Positions 37,985 through 52,539 of a stretch of DNA of 64,000 nt are shown here, in pieces. The DNA comes from Malacoraja senta (lineage: Eukaryota), in the NCBI GenBank assembly GCA_038087875.1, contig CM075988.1, positions 19,532,001 through 19,596,000 of the forward strand, in the 5' to 3' direction. The translations under genes were made by a program, and so were the position numbers. Below the pieces are notes generated by a model. The model was given only the letters and a program-made list of their open reading frames with translations, was not told the origin of the DNA and searched no databases. The stretch's first letter is position 1. Every line of letters starts with the position of its first letter.

Positions 37985-38760
37985 TAGACTGTAATTGTAA
38001 AACTGCAGCACTGTAACACAGCAGCACTGTAACACTGTAACACAGCAGCACAGTAACACTGCAGCACTACAGCATTGTAACACTGCAGCACTACAGCATT
38101 GTAACACAGCAGCACTGTAACACTGCAGCACTGCAACACTACAGCACTGTAACACTGTAACACTACAGCATTGTAACACTGTAACACTACAGCATTGTAA
38201 CACTGTAACACTGTAACACTACAGCATTGTAACACTGCAGCATTGTAACACAGCAGCATTGTAACACTGTAACACTGCAGCATTGTAACACTGTAACACT
38301 GTAACACTACAGCATTGTAACACTGCAGCATTGTAACACAGCAGCACTGTAACACTGCAGCACTGCAACACTACAGCACTGTAACACTGCAGCACTGTAA
38401 AGGGCCTGTCCCACTGTACGAGGTAATTCAAGAGTTCTCCCGAGTTTCCCCTGATTCGAACTCGGAGAATTACGGTAATAGCCGTTCGTAGGTACTCGGG
38501 GTTCTCGGGGAAATTTTTCACACTGTTGAAAAAATTTCACGAGCTTACCGCGTTTCCCGAGTACCTGCCGTTAGCGTTACGAGCCGCTAAGAGACGTCCC
38601 GAGCTCCGACGTACCCGCTACGTACATTCTACGTACTTACCACGAGTTTGATTTTTTTTAAACTCGGGAGAGCTCTTGGGTAAACTTGTATAGTGGGACA
38701 GGCCCTTAACACTGCAGCAGTGTAACACAGCAGCACTGTAACACTACAGGACTGTAACAC
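37985..38760. repeat. 8-bp unit satellite (CTGTAACA / CTGCAGCA variants)
   Basis: Tandem array visible directly; interrupted by a MITE. Confidence 0.95.
38401..38706. mobile_element. PIF/Harbinger-type MITE
   Basis: Perfect 15-bp TIR AGGGCCTGTCCCACT / AGTGGGACAGGCCCT and TAA TSD (38398-38400, 38707-38709). Confidence 0.92.
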
Positions 38761-40189
38761 TATATTCTGCACTCTCGTATTTTTTTCATTGTCCTAACTG
38801 TTGTACTTGATTGTACTCATGTCTGGTGTGATTTGACTGACTATCACAAAAACCAATGTGTATGGCTTGATTGTACTTGTATATGGCATGATTTGATTTG
38901 ACTGGATAGTAAGCAATACAGTTTTTTTTGCTGTATCACGGCGCAGGTGACAATAATAAGCCAATACCAATACTTACTGCATCAAGCTTTTTGAAAGGTA
39001 ACGCCAGAACTATTGAGATGGTTGGAACTTTAAACAGTTAACAATAAATGCTGGATGCACATTATCCAGCAGAGAGACTCATCAGACTTGAAAGGTACAT
39101 TCATCTATTGAACAGCCATCCATCATCATACAAAGGATGACCATAACAATACTGTCAGCCCTTCCCTTCCAACTCTTCCTCATCTTCTCTGACTGAATAA
39201 ATTATTCAAATTCCCATCCTTCATAATTAATCAGAACAACCACATGTGTAAGTGTGCCATGTTTTTGGTAATTAAATACCATTCATCAATGATTTTAAAC
39301 ATCCCCCGTCCACCTTGCCCCTTCAAAATAAATACTATTCAACAGTCTGATTACAGCTGTATAGATTAGCAAGAATATGTTGCTGAAATTAATTATCATT
39401 CATAAACTTGATACTGAGGGAACAATTTGAATGGAATATTTCACCTCTGAGCAGAACACTGGTGAGAAATTGTCCCGCGGGTTTATTTATTTCAAAGCAA
39501 ATATATTAGAAAGAAAAAGTGAAGCTCTTTATATTTACTCATGAGCAGTGCCTACTGATTTATTTGTATCTGTCCATTGTGAATTAAATGTCTTTATTTA
39601 TTACAGGTGTGGATCTGCTCAATGTACTATTGCCGAGATATAATACAACAATGGGACATGGGAGGAAAACCAGAGCACCTGGAGGAAACCCACATGGTTA
39701 CAGGGAGAATGTGCAAACTCCTCTTAGAAAGTACCCGAGGTCAGGATCGAACTAAGGTCTCAGATGGGGCTCTGCCAGCTGCGTCACTGTGCCTGTTTAG
39801 TATCAGTTTACCAAGGGTTAAGTACATTCTTGGTTCAGATTTCGCTACAGTCTAAGAAATACTTTCCTATATTAGTTTGACAGTAGATTTGAATAATGTA
39901 AACTCAGATCTGGTCATTTGTACTGAATTACTAATACGTCGATGTTATGTCCATTTTTAGATGTAGTAATTATATTCCAAGTTACTAATTTTCAATATAG
40001 AGACAAAAGCATTAAATGGACCATTTTTCTTTTTAACAAATTGCATTTTAAAATACTGTTTAATTTTGCCGACAAGGGAAATAATAATTTGTTTAGTATT
40101 GATGTGGTGCAGATTTCAGGAAAATGCACCATTCTACAATTTGATCCTCAGTTAGAGGAGATATGTTGTACAATGAAAACATGTCAGTG

Positions 40190-40347
40190 TGCATGTACAC
40201 ATGTATGCGCACACATGCACATGCATACACACATATGCGCACATGTACTGTACATGCACATATGCACACACGCAGGCACACACATACATGCATACATACG
40301 CACACAAGCACGCACACACTATGCACACATACGTACACAAGCACGCA
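40190..40347. repeat. Degenerate CA/purine-pyrimidine microsatellite
   Basis: Direct inspection. Confidence 0.85.
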
Positions 40348-41103
40348 CTGTAAGGCAGCAACTCTACCGCTGCACCACCGTGCCGCCCCAGTAATAATAG
40401 CATCATCTCAATACCATGCGATACCAAAGAGGAAATGCTCGTAATTCTCATTGAGTAAGCAAATGGTAAAGAAATTACTTTGACAATTAAGGAACAGTAC
40501 AAGGCAAAGTACGGCTCTAAAATCAGAATAACTGAGACACACCAGACCAAGCAGCTGGTAAAAGCATTCACACATTGAGGAAACAGTTGAGGCAGATGTC
40601 CCAAGCAGCCAGAGTCATTTCAATGATTAAATTCTCTAATAGTTTTCTATCGCAGCAGATTTCAATAAATGGAGCTCATATCAGTGCAGAATTATTTGAT
40701 TGTAATGAGTTCAATCTGTCATTACTGTTTCCTCCTGCAATGTTCCCCACCTAACTGTGCATCGTTGGCTGGTAACTCCATTACACACACTGCTGATGCA
40801 TGTACAAACAATAATTTAGTGATCACTCTTCAATCCTCCTACATTATTACCACTTTATTTATGTATATTGAGCATAATGTGACTAAGTTTAGTTTCTGCT
40901 CTTTTGTTAATAGATTCACTCATTGCAATAAATTCTGCAGGTCAGACGTGATTCTGAAGAGAAGAATGATTGAGATTGCTCAAGGAGCCTCCTGTTTAAC
41001 ATCTTCATAATTCAGCACAAGCATCTTCCAGTGGTCCCAGTCTCCAGACCTTGGTCAAAGCCACCCTGGTTAAGCAGATGTAACAGGTCCTGGCACTCAA
41101 TAT

Positions 41104-41626
41104 AACACACATATACACACTCACACTCACATAGCGCACACACACACATAACACACACACACACATAACACACACACACTACTCACACACACAGCGCACA
41201 CACCACACACACACACACACACATAACACACACACACACGGGCACACACACACACACACAGCGCACACACACACATAACACACACACACTACTCACACAC
41301 ACCACACCACACACACACACAGCGCACACACACATAGCACACACACATAGCGTGCACACACATGGTACACACACAGCGCACACACAAACACATAACACAC
41401 ACACGCCATTCACACACACACATATAGCACACCACACACACACATATGTGCACACACATGCACACACACATAGTGAACACACACAAAGCGCTCACACTCA
41501 GCATATGCACTTACGCACATACGCACACACACGTAGTGTACACACAGAACATACACGCGCACACACACATAGTAAACACTCACACACAGCACTCACACAC
41601 ACACACACACGTACACACACACGCAC
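41104..41626. repeat. Long compound (CA)n microsatellite
   Basis: Direct inspection. Confidence 0.95.
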
Positions 41627-42573
41627 GAGCAACCAATCAGTGTGCTCTCTACCGTAGACTTGGAGAAGTTCGATAGATTATTCGTTGATATCATAGCCCT
41701 CAATGTCCGCACTGCCACAGCCTCCTCCGATCCTGCATTCCTCAGGCAGTTGTGCCTTCCTTCAGCTCTGGACTCAGGAGCATCCACCACCTCTATCGTG
41801 CTACTATTTGTGTCGTGTCTTCAACATACCTTCTGGTATTCCATTCGTTGCTGTCCTCCTTATGAAGTGACTTTCCTCAGCACACCTCCCCCCCCCCTCC
41901 AACAAGCTGGTTAACATGCACAGCAAGAGCATGCTTCTATACATCAGGAAATACTCCATTATGATATTTCGGTTGAAGGCGGAAATATGATTTGATGAGA
42001 AGCAGTGGAAGATAATTGGATTGGTAATCTGTATCAGGAAAGAATGATTTGTGTTACACCGTTCACTTCCCAAGTAGAACTCTTTATACTTTATCTGATG
42101 CATACTCCGAGGAATAGCACATCATCGTATGATGTTGTATAAAAATAGATTTGTTTAATAAAATGTTACTCAATATTTGCAAGAAGAAAGATTCCAGCTT
42201 AATTGAATTGATCAGGTGAACTGCTTGTAGATATGGAATAAAATGGTATTAAACTGATTTGTTCAGATGTCTGATGTAACGTTTCCAGTAGTGAGATTAA
42301 GATAATTAATCTACTTCAATAATGTGTATGGAATACAAACCTTTGCAAACCACAGCGAAATGGCATATCATAGTTACTTTCAAGTTTGGAGATTTTCTGT
42401 AGATATGATAATCGCCGCGTTATGCATTTGCTTACGTATATTCTATATTGTGAATTTGGAGACCCAAAAAACTGCCGATACTGGATCTTGAATAATAAAC
42501 AAAGTGCAGGAGGAACTCAGCGAGTCAGGCAGCATTTGTTGATTCAGTCGGAAGAAGGATCTTAACCCAAAAG

Positions 42574-42860
42574 GGGCGGCAGTGGCGCAGTGGTAGAGTT
42601 ACTGCCTTACAGCGCCAGAGGCCCAGATTCGATTCAGACTTCGGGTGCTGTCTGTACGGAGTTTACACTTTTTCTTCTTGTGACCGCGTGGTGCTCCAGT
42701 TTCCTCCCACATTCCAAAGTCGTAAAGGTTTATAGGTTAATTAGCGTCAGTAAAGATTGTAAATCGTGCCTAGTGTGTCGGATAGTGCTAGTGTACAGGG
42801 TGATGACTGATCGGCGCTGATTCAGTGGGCCAAAAGGCCAGTTTCTACGCTGTATCTGTA
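42574..42860 (+). mobile_element. V-SINE
   Basis: GGCGGCAGTGGCGCAGTGGTAGAG head and V-like core. Confidence 0.8.
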
Positions 42861-43412
42861 AGGTCTAAAGTGTAAGACTGAAGTTACCTGTCCATTCCAA
42901 GTGCTGAGGTCCTGGCCCACTGAGTTCCTCCAGCAATTTGTGTTTTGCTCAGGATTCCAGCATCTGCAGTTTATTGTGCCTCCTCCAGCAGTTTGTTCAA
43001 TACTCTGAGCTTCGTGGAATGACAGAAATGAAGCTTGTCCTTTTGATTCATAACTTTGTTCCAGATCCTGTAATGGAATGGAATGTAGTGGGTTGGGTGA
43101 TACACTCTTCTGGATTACTGTTGTCCATATTTTCAGGAACCCTCGTTTTCCTCCTTGAATATTACCCATCCGTCAACCTCCGGAACACTTCCAGCCCTAT
43201 GCACTTTCCAAAATCTAAAAAGCAGCAGATGTTGGAAACTTGAAATAAAATGGTCGAGAGCTTCAAGTTCCAAGGCGTGAATATCACCAACAATATTACC
43301 AACTGTAATTTGTCCCGGAACAACCACATTGAAGCAACAGCCAAGAACGCACAACAATGCCTCTGCTTCCTCAGAAGACTAGGGATTTTCGGCATGTCTT
43401 CAGCGGCTCTTA

Positions 43413-43772
43413 AGGGCCTGTCCCACTTTCCCGAGTTATTCACGAATTCTCCTGAGTTATTCACAAATTCTCCTGAGTTTTCAAATCACAGAATGTTCGT
43501 AACGAGTCAGTGGGAGTCCGTGGATATATCGTAGCGGCTCGTTATGCCAGCCGTAGGTACTCGGGGCTATTTTTTTTCTCGTGGACATTTTTCATCAGGC
43601 TGGAAAAAACGTCCCGACTTACCTGATGCCCCGAGTACCTACGGCTGGCATAACTAGCCGCTAGGATATATCCACGGACTCCTACGGCCTCCCATGGACT
43701 CGTTACGAACATTCTGCGAGTTTGAAAACTTGGGAGAATTCGTGAATAACTCGGGAAAGTGGGACAGACCCT
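43413..43772. mobile_element. PIF/Harbinger-type MITE inside a Rex1-like LINE fragment
   Basis: Long TIR AGGGCCTGTCCCACTTTCCCGAGTTATTCACGAATTCTC / GAGAATTCGTGAATAACTCGGGAAAGTGGGACAGACCCT; flanks TTA and TAA. Confidence 0.9.
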
Positions 43773-44170
43773 TAACAGGCTTCCACAGATGCATCGTGAA
43801 AGCATCCAGTTTCTCAACAGCTCTGCCTAAGACTGGAAATTGTTTCTTAAACCATTTTATGACATTGAACTGAAGATTTAACTGCAGCAATGAATAAGTC
43901 ATAAATATTTGAATGTAAATCACCAAAGGTTTCCACTTAAATACAATCTTGGAGATAATATAAATTAGGTAAAATGCGCCGTGTTATAGTTTAGACATTT
44001 CGCGTTAAGTGACTGGCTTAACTTTCTGTGACAGAAAATATCAATGCAAAACTATAACCCAAAATGCAGAATTGAAGAAAATATAAAAAAAACATTTTTG
44101 GAAGAAGGTTGGGTTTTGCCCAGTGCATAAAAATTAACAAAGCTGAAAATAAACTAAACTGGTTCCAAAC

Positions 44171-44275
44171 CTGAGAGGGGAAGAGTCGCTGGAGGAAACA
44201 GGAACTGGACTTGAAGGTGCTGAAACCATAGGCGATGTGGGTGACAGTGGTGAACTGGGACTGGGAGGAAGAGGA
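44171..44275 (-). CDS. Candidate internal exon of an unidentified host gene, Ser/Pro-rich (PLPPSPSSPLSPTSPMVSAPSSPVPVSSSDSSPL)
   Basis: Acceptor cttacttattttctAG with upstream GCTAAC branch-like motif, donor CAG/GTTTGG, 105 nt (frame-preserving), repeat-free flanks. All three frames are open, so the frame is inferred. Confidence 0.5.
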
Positions 44276-46335
44276 CTAGAAAATAAGTAAGAGTATTAAA
44301 ACTGAAAAACAAATTAAAATAATGTTAGCAAGCACCGGATATGGCTTTAGGGAATAAAGCAAAGGACTCGGGTTAGCATGCCTAATTGAGGACTTTTTCT
44401 GACTACATTCCAATTTGATGACTTCTCACTGCAACTAAAAAGATGATTAATTTCAACAGGACACTGAGTTCCAAATATGGTCCAAAGACACATTTACAGA
44501 ACATGAATCACATTTTAACTGCTCATTTGCTGGAATTTCTGATCCAAAATATTATTAGAAAGGGTTATTACAATTACCACCAGTATTTGCTTAATACATC
44601 AAAGGGGAAGGAAATCTTCCTCTTTATGGATGCATCGTTCATTATCTTGTGAAACGTCTCACTGGCAGCAATACAACAAAGCTGCTTTCTTACCAACACG
44701 TTAGCAACTACTGTCTAAGAACATTGATTCTTCCTAAGAGTACAAAAAGACAATTCTAATACTCTAGCATGATTGAATCTTTAGGAAGGTTGGAGGCATT
44801 TTGAGCAAACTTACTCCAGAGAAATTTGACAAGCTCTGCCTTGAGCTTCCCAATGTGGGTGTAGACCCAAGAAATTGCAGAGAGTGGTCGATGTAGCCCA
44901 ATCCATCAACTCAGCCTCCACCCCACCCTCACCTCCCCATCAACTCCAGCTGCACCTCAGGCTACCTAAAAATAAACAGCCAACATAATCAAGGACCCAG
45001 GTCATTTCCTCTTCCAGGTACAATGGTCTTACCTAAAAATGAGTGACTACAACAAAATCTGCTTTATTGTCTGTCTTTGACATCTGCTTGACATCTCTAT
45101 ACCTTCGATTGAAAGATGTGCTTAGTAATTTATTTTATATACTTTGGAACATTTAGTTAAGTTAGAGTCACTGTACAGATACTTGCAGCAGCACTGCTAA
45201 AGTCCAGAGAAACAGCTAACACAAACACAGACCGTTGGAAATATTCAATCGGTCCGGCAACATCTGTGGAGGGAGGAACAGGATTGAAGTTACAGCCCAA
45301 TAACCTTCATCAAATTGATTGATCTGAAACATTCCTTGCCCCATAGATGCTGCCTGATCAACAGAATATGTCCATATTTTATTTCAAATGTCCAGCATCT
45401 ACTTTTTTTTCTGCTGGAGGAAAAGGCTATGTACTGTGTAGGTGACCTTGTGGGATAATTTAAGTCATAGAAAACAAAGTAGTTTAAAAAAAAAGGTTAT
45501 TATTAAAATTTGGGAGATGTGAATGTGGAAGTTGGATTTACGGTCAGCTTTGGTCTGTGAGGACTGATTATTGAGCCCTTAGGTTTTTATAGGGTTCATG
45601 CCATGAATTTTAACAACTTATATTTAGTCTCTGAAAATATTTTTATTTTTGCTACCTCTTCCTCCCAGAATTTCTCCTCTTCCCTTGACCATCACCCAGA
45701 TCTGGTTCCTTCTTGCTTCCCTCCATCCTCTCCACACAGCACCAATGTCCAAGGCTTCATTGGGTCATATGGAGGGGTCTCTGGCTCTGTAAGGCAGTGA
45801 CTCTACCGCTGCACCACTGTGCTGCCCAATGGTTGCGTACTAGCCTCAGAAACACATTTTTCACCATTGTATCCAACCAGTATAAATGTTGGGAGGTTAT
45901 GTCATAGTTGTACAAGGCATTGCTGAGACCACTTTTTGAAGCCCGTGCTAGTCCCCAAATTAACAGTTACACCAACATCATTTTATATTTAGAGCCAGTC
46001 ATAGAGCCATGGCGGAAACAGGCAGTCAGCCCATCTCATCAATGCCCCATCTAAGCTAGACCCATTTGCCAGCATTTGGCCCATATCCTACTAAACCTTT
46101 CTTGTCCAAGTGTCTGAGAGATACTGATATGCACAGTTTGAGAGAAAGATGCAGGTATACACTGTATCAGAGAGAGGTGTAGATATACAGTACATGGTAT
46201 TTGAGAGAGATACAGATATACTTCTCATTAAGCTTCTCACCTTGAAGAACCTCATTTGACTTTCTGATCGGACTTTTGCTGCTTCTTGCACCTTGTGCAT
46301 CTTCATTATATTTGGTTTCCTTTCTTGGCTCTGAC

Positions 46336-46392
46336 CTGCTTTTCTGTGGGGCTCAGAGCAGAGATATCACGTTCTGTTTGCACTGAGTAGCC
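46336..46392 (-). CDS. Weak candidate exon (GYSVQTERDISALSPTEKQ); alternative donor at 46240
   Basis: Pyrimidine tract then cacAGcctAG; CAG/GTCAGA donor, or AAG/GTGAGA further on (that longer version has stops in all frames). Confidence 0.25.
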
Positions 46393-47035
46393 CTAGGCTG
46401 TGTTTAAATGAAAAACAGCAGAGAGAAATTAGTTACTGTCCTGAGACCCGTCACCACTTTACAAATAATAACGTATAAATAATCTGGATAAAGCTTTAAG
46501 GTGGACGGAGTAATGTTTCATTCATGTTATTTTATTCCATGCCAGTCAAACTCCAAGCAATGATCATCTCCCATCCCTGACTCCCATATTTCCCTTTTAT
46601 CCCTGCTCTTTCCCTTCCTACCTGGCCCCATCCCTTTTATTCCTCCCTCTGGCTTTACATTTCACTCCTCCTTTCTTACCTAATCTGATCCCTTTTGTAT
46701 CCTTGTCACCTCTTCACCTTTGTCATTAGCTCCACACTTCTGCCAGTCACCCCCCCCCCCCTCTGATCTGTACCCACCTATCACTTGCCAGGCCTTGTCC
46801 CCACCCCACACCCCTCCTTTTCAGCATTTTGCATCTTGCTGCATCAGTTTGAAGAAGGGTCCCGAAACGTCATCTGTCCATTCCCTCCCCAAATGCTACA
46901 TGACTCGTTGAGTTCCTCCAGCACTTTGTGCTTTGTTGAGGATTCCAGCATCTGCAGGTTCTTGTGTCTCCAAGTAATGTTGATGCACTTGTGTGCACCA
47001 AGGTCCCACATATATCTGCCCGGTAGTGTTGAATT

Positions 47036-47338
47036 TTAGATTTAGTTTAGAGATACAACATGGAAACAGGCCCTTCGGCACACCGAGTCCGTGCCAACCA
47101 GTGATCCCCGCACACTTACACTATCCTACACACACTAGGGACAATTTACAAATTTAACAAGTCAATTAACCTACAAACCTGTGACGTGAGAAGAAACTGG
47201 AGATCCCAGAGAAAACCCACGCAGGTCACGGGCGGAACCTACAAAACTCCGTACAGACAAGCACCCACAGTCAGGATCGAACCAGGGTCTCTGGCGCTGT
47301 AAGGCAGCAAATCTACCACTGCGCCATCGTGCTGCCCA
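47036..47338 (-). mobile_element. V-SINE
   Basis: Same family head and tail; partial V core. Confidence 0.8.
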
Positions 47339-49319
47339 ATGTTTGACTACTAGTTTTAGAAATACACATTTCACTATTGTTTCCAACTAGTATAGATGTT
47401 GGGACGTTATGACATAGTTGTACAAGACATTGCTGGGGCCACATTTGTAGTACTGCTTTCAGTCACCCTCATATATAGGAAGAACATCATTAAGCTAGAA
47501 AGAGTGCAAAGATTTATGAGGATGTTGCCAATAATTGAGAGGCTGAGCTATAGGGAGAAGATGGGCAGGCTAGGACTTTATCCTTGGTGCACATGAGGAA
47601 ATGGGCTAAATGCACAGTCTTTTACGCAGGAAAGGTGGGTCAAGAATCAGAGGACATAGGTTTAAGGTGAGAGGTGAAAGATTTAATAGAAACCTGAGGG
47701 ACAACATTTTCACACAGAGGGTGGTGGATGTATGGAACGAACCACCAGAGGAGATAGGTACTATACAGTATTTAAAAGATACTTTCTGTAGATACATGGA
47801 TAGGAAAGGTTTAGAGGGATATGGGGCCTAACACGGGCAAACGGGACCAGCTTGGATGGGGAATCTTAATCGAAGGACCTGTTTGTCGTGCTGTATGACT
47901 TTATGATTGCAGTGCCTGGAATGAAAAAGAACGTTCAACCTTGAGAACATTCAGGTCTTGATTCATTGAGTAAACAGCTGAGGTCACGTCGCATTTGCTT
48001 TATTGCTGAAACTTTGTGACTTGCCGGCAGCAATGTGCAGCTGTTGCCTGGTTTGAAAACCAACACGCCAATGCATTTTATTAATGATTTCTCACAGCTG
48101 AAATGCAAATACATGCAAGAACAAAAGAGAGTCGTTTTCAAGATGAAAAGGCATTTCTAAGTGAGCTTTCAGATTCAGAGCAGGTTTTTGAAGTCATCGT
48201 TGTATATTCGAAAGTGTGAAAGTAAAACGTGGCTTGCAGTTTGAAGGCTATATCTTTAGTTTCATCGGCAGCACATAGAACATACAAATAAACAGCCACT
48301 GATCTCTGCATATTTAGAGGCTTTGTCAAGGCAAAACACAAAGGCAGCTGAGACCTAATGGAAAGGAAGTTTGTGGGCCTGATCAGTTGATTGTCAAAAC
48401 TGATTAGTCCATTCCCAGGATACTGTGATATTTAACTTCGCACAAAGGAAAATACATCAGAAGATAAACACTTCCTGCGCTTTTTGTGGCAATGAGTGTA
48501 ATTCCGTTGGGGCTCATTATGTGCATTAAGTCTGTTCATTATGTGCATTAAGTCTGTTCATCGGCAGCACTTCATGATAAAGACTGTAGTTTCGAGTTTA
48601 ACTCCGGGACTTGAACAGATTATCCAACTGCACGGTGGTTCATCTACTGAGCAGTATCCAGAGGCCTGAATCATTGATCTAGATGTGAGTTCAAATCCTA
48701 CCACACGAGCAGATGAATTCAAATGCATGTAATTAATTGAACTATGGCAACCATAAAACTGCTGGGATGCTGTAAAAATCCATCTGATTGATTAGAGTCC
48801 TAGCGTTATACAGCACCCAAATAGGGTCTTAGGCCCAACTTACCCATGCCGACCAAGATGTTCCATCTACCCTAGCCCATGTTTGGGCCATATCCCTCTA
48901 AACCATAAAAAGACACCAGGTGCTGGAGTAAATTAGTTGGTCAAGCAGTATCGCTGGAGAACATCTCCTGACCCGAAACCTCACCTATCCATGTTCTTCA
49001 GAGATGCTGCGTGACCCGCTGAGTTACTCCACTCATGTTCTTTTGTGCAAAATAGCATTTACAGTAACCATGTACCTGTCCAAATGTCTTCTACAGTAAG
49101 TGTTGTTACAGTACTTGCCTCAATTGCATCCTCTGGTAGCTCATTCCACATACCAACCACACACTGTGTGAAAATGTATCCCCCCCCCCCCCCGATCACT
49201 AATAAATCATTCCCATCTCACCTTCTGGTTCTTGATTCCACTACTCTGGGTAAAAGTCTCTATACATCTACCCTATACATTCTCCTCATGATCTACACAC
49301 CTCAAAAGACATAGTTAGC

Positions 49320-49560
49320 TGTAATTAAACATGGTTTATTGCTGGTTATCCATAATTATCTAGGTTTTACCCAGTTATTTATAATTCTCATATTTATCTA
49401 TGGTTTACCCATAGCTATTCAGAATTATCCAAGTTTATCCATCACTATCCATAGTTTTCCATAAATATCCACGTTCATTCAGTTATCCATAATTCTCCAA
49501 AATTATCAATACATCCATAGTTATACATAATATTCCATGATTTATTAGAGGTTATCCATG
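49320..49560. repeat. Degenerate TTATCCATA-type minisatellite
   Basis: Recurrent TTATCCA(T) units about every 10-20 bp. Confidence 0.7.
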
Positions 49561-52539
49561 GGTATTGAAACTCAAACCTACCATCCCATCACCTGCACTC
49601 TGAAAATCGGAGTATTGCTTCATGATGGATAGTGGAATCTGTGCCTGGGAATCACAAGATATCCATCCCCATCTCTAGAGTATAAGATTCCATTGTTAAT
49701 GCAAGTGGGGAAAGGTGCCTCCACCTTCAATCGATCTTTGTGTCAGCTGCCCCCATGTCCCCTTGGTGTGGCTCAGCATATACTGTGGCTGTGTGTAAGT
49801 ACACTGCATCTGTCAAAGAGCCCATAGAGTCATAGAGTTATAGAGTCATACAGAATGGAAACAGGCCCTTCACCCCAACTTGCCATGCCAACCAAGATGC
49901 CATACCTACACTAGTTCCACCTGCGTTTGGCCCATATCGCCCGAACCTTTCTTATCCATATACAAGTCCAAATGTCTTTTAAATGTTGTTGTAGTACCTG
50001 CTGCAACTACCTCCTTTGGCAGCTCGTTCCATATACCCATCACCCTCAGTGTGAAAAAGTTGCCCCTCAGGTTCCTATTAAATCTTTCCCCTCTCACCTT
50101 AGCAGCACTTGGGACTTTTGTTGCTATTCTAAAGATGCTATGTAAATTCAACATTATTTCTGCTGCTTTCCTACCAAATTACAGGTGTCAGGGGTTATGG
50201 GGAGAAGGCAGGAAAATTGGGTTATAAGGGAGAAATAGATCAACCATGATTGAATGGAGGAGTAGACTTGATGGGCCGAATGGCCAAATTCTGCTCCTTT
50301 CTATTATGAACGTATGAACAAATGATCTAACTCCATCCTATCAAAGAATTACATTGCAAGAGACATCATGATGTTTAATGACTACAATGAGCCTGGTCCC
50401 ACCAAGTGCACAGCTGGCGTTCAGTTTATAGACTGCAAGTTCCACACGCATTAAGCTGCAGTTGAAGACACGAGGAACTGCAGATGTTGGAATCTTGAGC
50501 AGAACACAAAGTGCTGGAGGAACTCATTGTGTGTCAGTCAGCATCTGTGGAGTGAATGGATAGATAATGTTTAAGATCAGCGCCCTTCTTCAGACGGATG
50601 TCCCGACCCGAAACATCCTCTATCCATTCCCTCCACAGATGTTGCCTGACCCGTTGAGTTACTCCAGCACTTTGTGTTAAACTTCAGTTGTTACATTTTG
50701 TCAATGGAGCACGTTGGAGAGGAGATTTGGTTACGAGATACCAACTCTACTATCAAGTCTATTCCCCCCACACATTGTGTTTAGATAAAATACCGTAGCT
50801 GTCTTTTCCTCGGGGGGTCGGGGAAACGGTTAACTTTGTGTGAAAGTTGGCAACGCCAGCATTGAGAGAGCAGAATGTTTTTGGAGCCAATGTCAGTGGA
50901 GCTCGGCAGCACATTAAGATGCAGATTATCACTCCCCTTGCTATGAGCCAACTGTAAATGACTTCCACTTATTACACCAGCACAATATTCCCATCCAAGC
51001 TGAAAACAGAACGTGCTGAAAAAATATCATGGCAACTGTTGTGATGGAGCAGACTTAATATTTTAGGAAGATAGTCATAGAGCTGTACAGCACAGAAACA
51101 GGCCCTTCAGCCCACCAGTACTAGGTGGAAGTAACCTCATGGTAGTCATTCAATGTCAAGATGTCTCTTCCAATGCAATTCTTTAATAGGATGGAGTTGG
51201 GAAAGAGTAGTAGGCCCCCCTTGGTCATGACTGACCATGGGTGATGCATCCTAGTTTGCAGGTGATGTGTGGTCGGATGCAAGCCTGGGCGATGTCATCT
51301 GGAGGACAGGCTGTTGCCCGTGCAGCACGTCCCCCCTCTCCACATCGCTGATCGATCCAAAGAAACAGCAGGGCCGTTACAATTTGGCACCAGCGCTGTC
51401 GCCAAAAGAAAGCAACAGCAAGAGCAAGTTGTCCCTGCTGACTAAGTTGACATCCTGGGCTAGTCCCATTAGCCTGCATTTGGCCCTAAGCCTTCTAAAC
51501 CATTCCTACCAATATATCTGTCCAAAGGTTGTAATTGTATTGCTTCTATAGCTTACTCTGGCAGCTCATTCCATGATATGAATGACCTACCTTCCAAGTG
51601 ATAAAGTTGCCCCTGGGGACCCTCTTAAAAAAGAATATTGGTACAGTATTGGTATTGATTTGTTATTGTCACATGCACTGAGATACAGTGAGAAGTATGT
51701 TTTGTGTACTATCCTGTGAAATCAAGTCATACCACACACAGGTACAATCAAGCCATTCACAAGTACCACAGTTGGTGCAAAGAGAAAAATACCAGAGTTT
51801 AGAATATAGTGTTACAGTGTGATAGCATTACAGTTATAGAGATCTAACTCAAAGGTCTTTAATGAGGTAGGTTGGGAGATCCTAGGATGGTACACTCTAG
51901 CTTATGGGAGGACCATTCAGTAGTCTGATAACAGAGCTTTTCCTGAATCTGGTGGTATGTGCCTTCAAGCTTTTGTACCTTCTGCCCGCCAGGAGAGGAG
52001 AGAAGTGGGGATGATAGTGAGAAATTGCTTTCCCAATGCAGCTTTTAGTACACATGGTCGAGAAAGGCTGAAAGGTTATGCCAGCAGATTGACGCATTTC
52101 ATAGAGCTTTAACTCACAGCTCCAGCACAGTTGGTGCAATCCTGACCTCTGCTGCTCTCTGTGTGGAGTTTGCAAGTTCTCCCACCTGACTTTCCTTCAG
52201 TTCCTTCCCACATGCCAAACTATATGGATCATTTGGTTAAATGTCCAATGCAAAGTGTCCCTTGAATGTACATGAGAGGTAGATTCTCAGGGGAATGTGG
52301 GAAGAACTGTGTACAATTATTGTAATTGTGCGTTCAATGGTCAGCAAAGACTCAAATGGGCTGAAGGGCCTGTCGTGTGCTATGTATAGACAGTGACTAT
52401 TGTCTTTGTTATATGTTCCTTCTTGGTTCTGGATGCAAGTCATTTTATAATTCTGTTGTGTTTACAATATATCTGCCCCCATAGCAGTTTGTAACAACCC
52501 TGAACACATCCCTTGCATTAATTAAATGTACTCATACTT

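Noticed and set aside
37800..38540. Cys-rich ORFs (VLQCCSVT repeats)
   Set aside because: Translation of the 8-bp satellite, not a gene
41183..41790. Cys/Val- and His/Thr-rich ORFs (also near 10.0 and 40.2 kb)
   Set aside because: Products of CA microsatellites
42574..42650. tRNA-like A/B boxes
   Set aside because: SINE heads; no cloverleaf, so not tRNA genes
48514..48561. Exact 22-bp tandem duplication
   Set aside because: Ordinary slippage event with no functional signal
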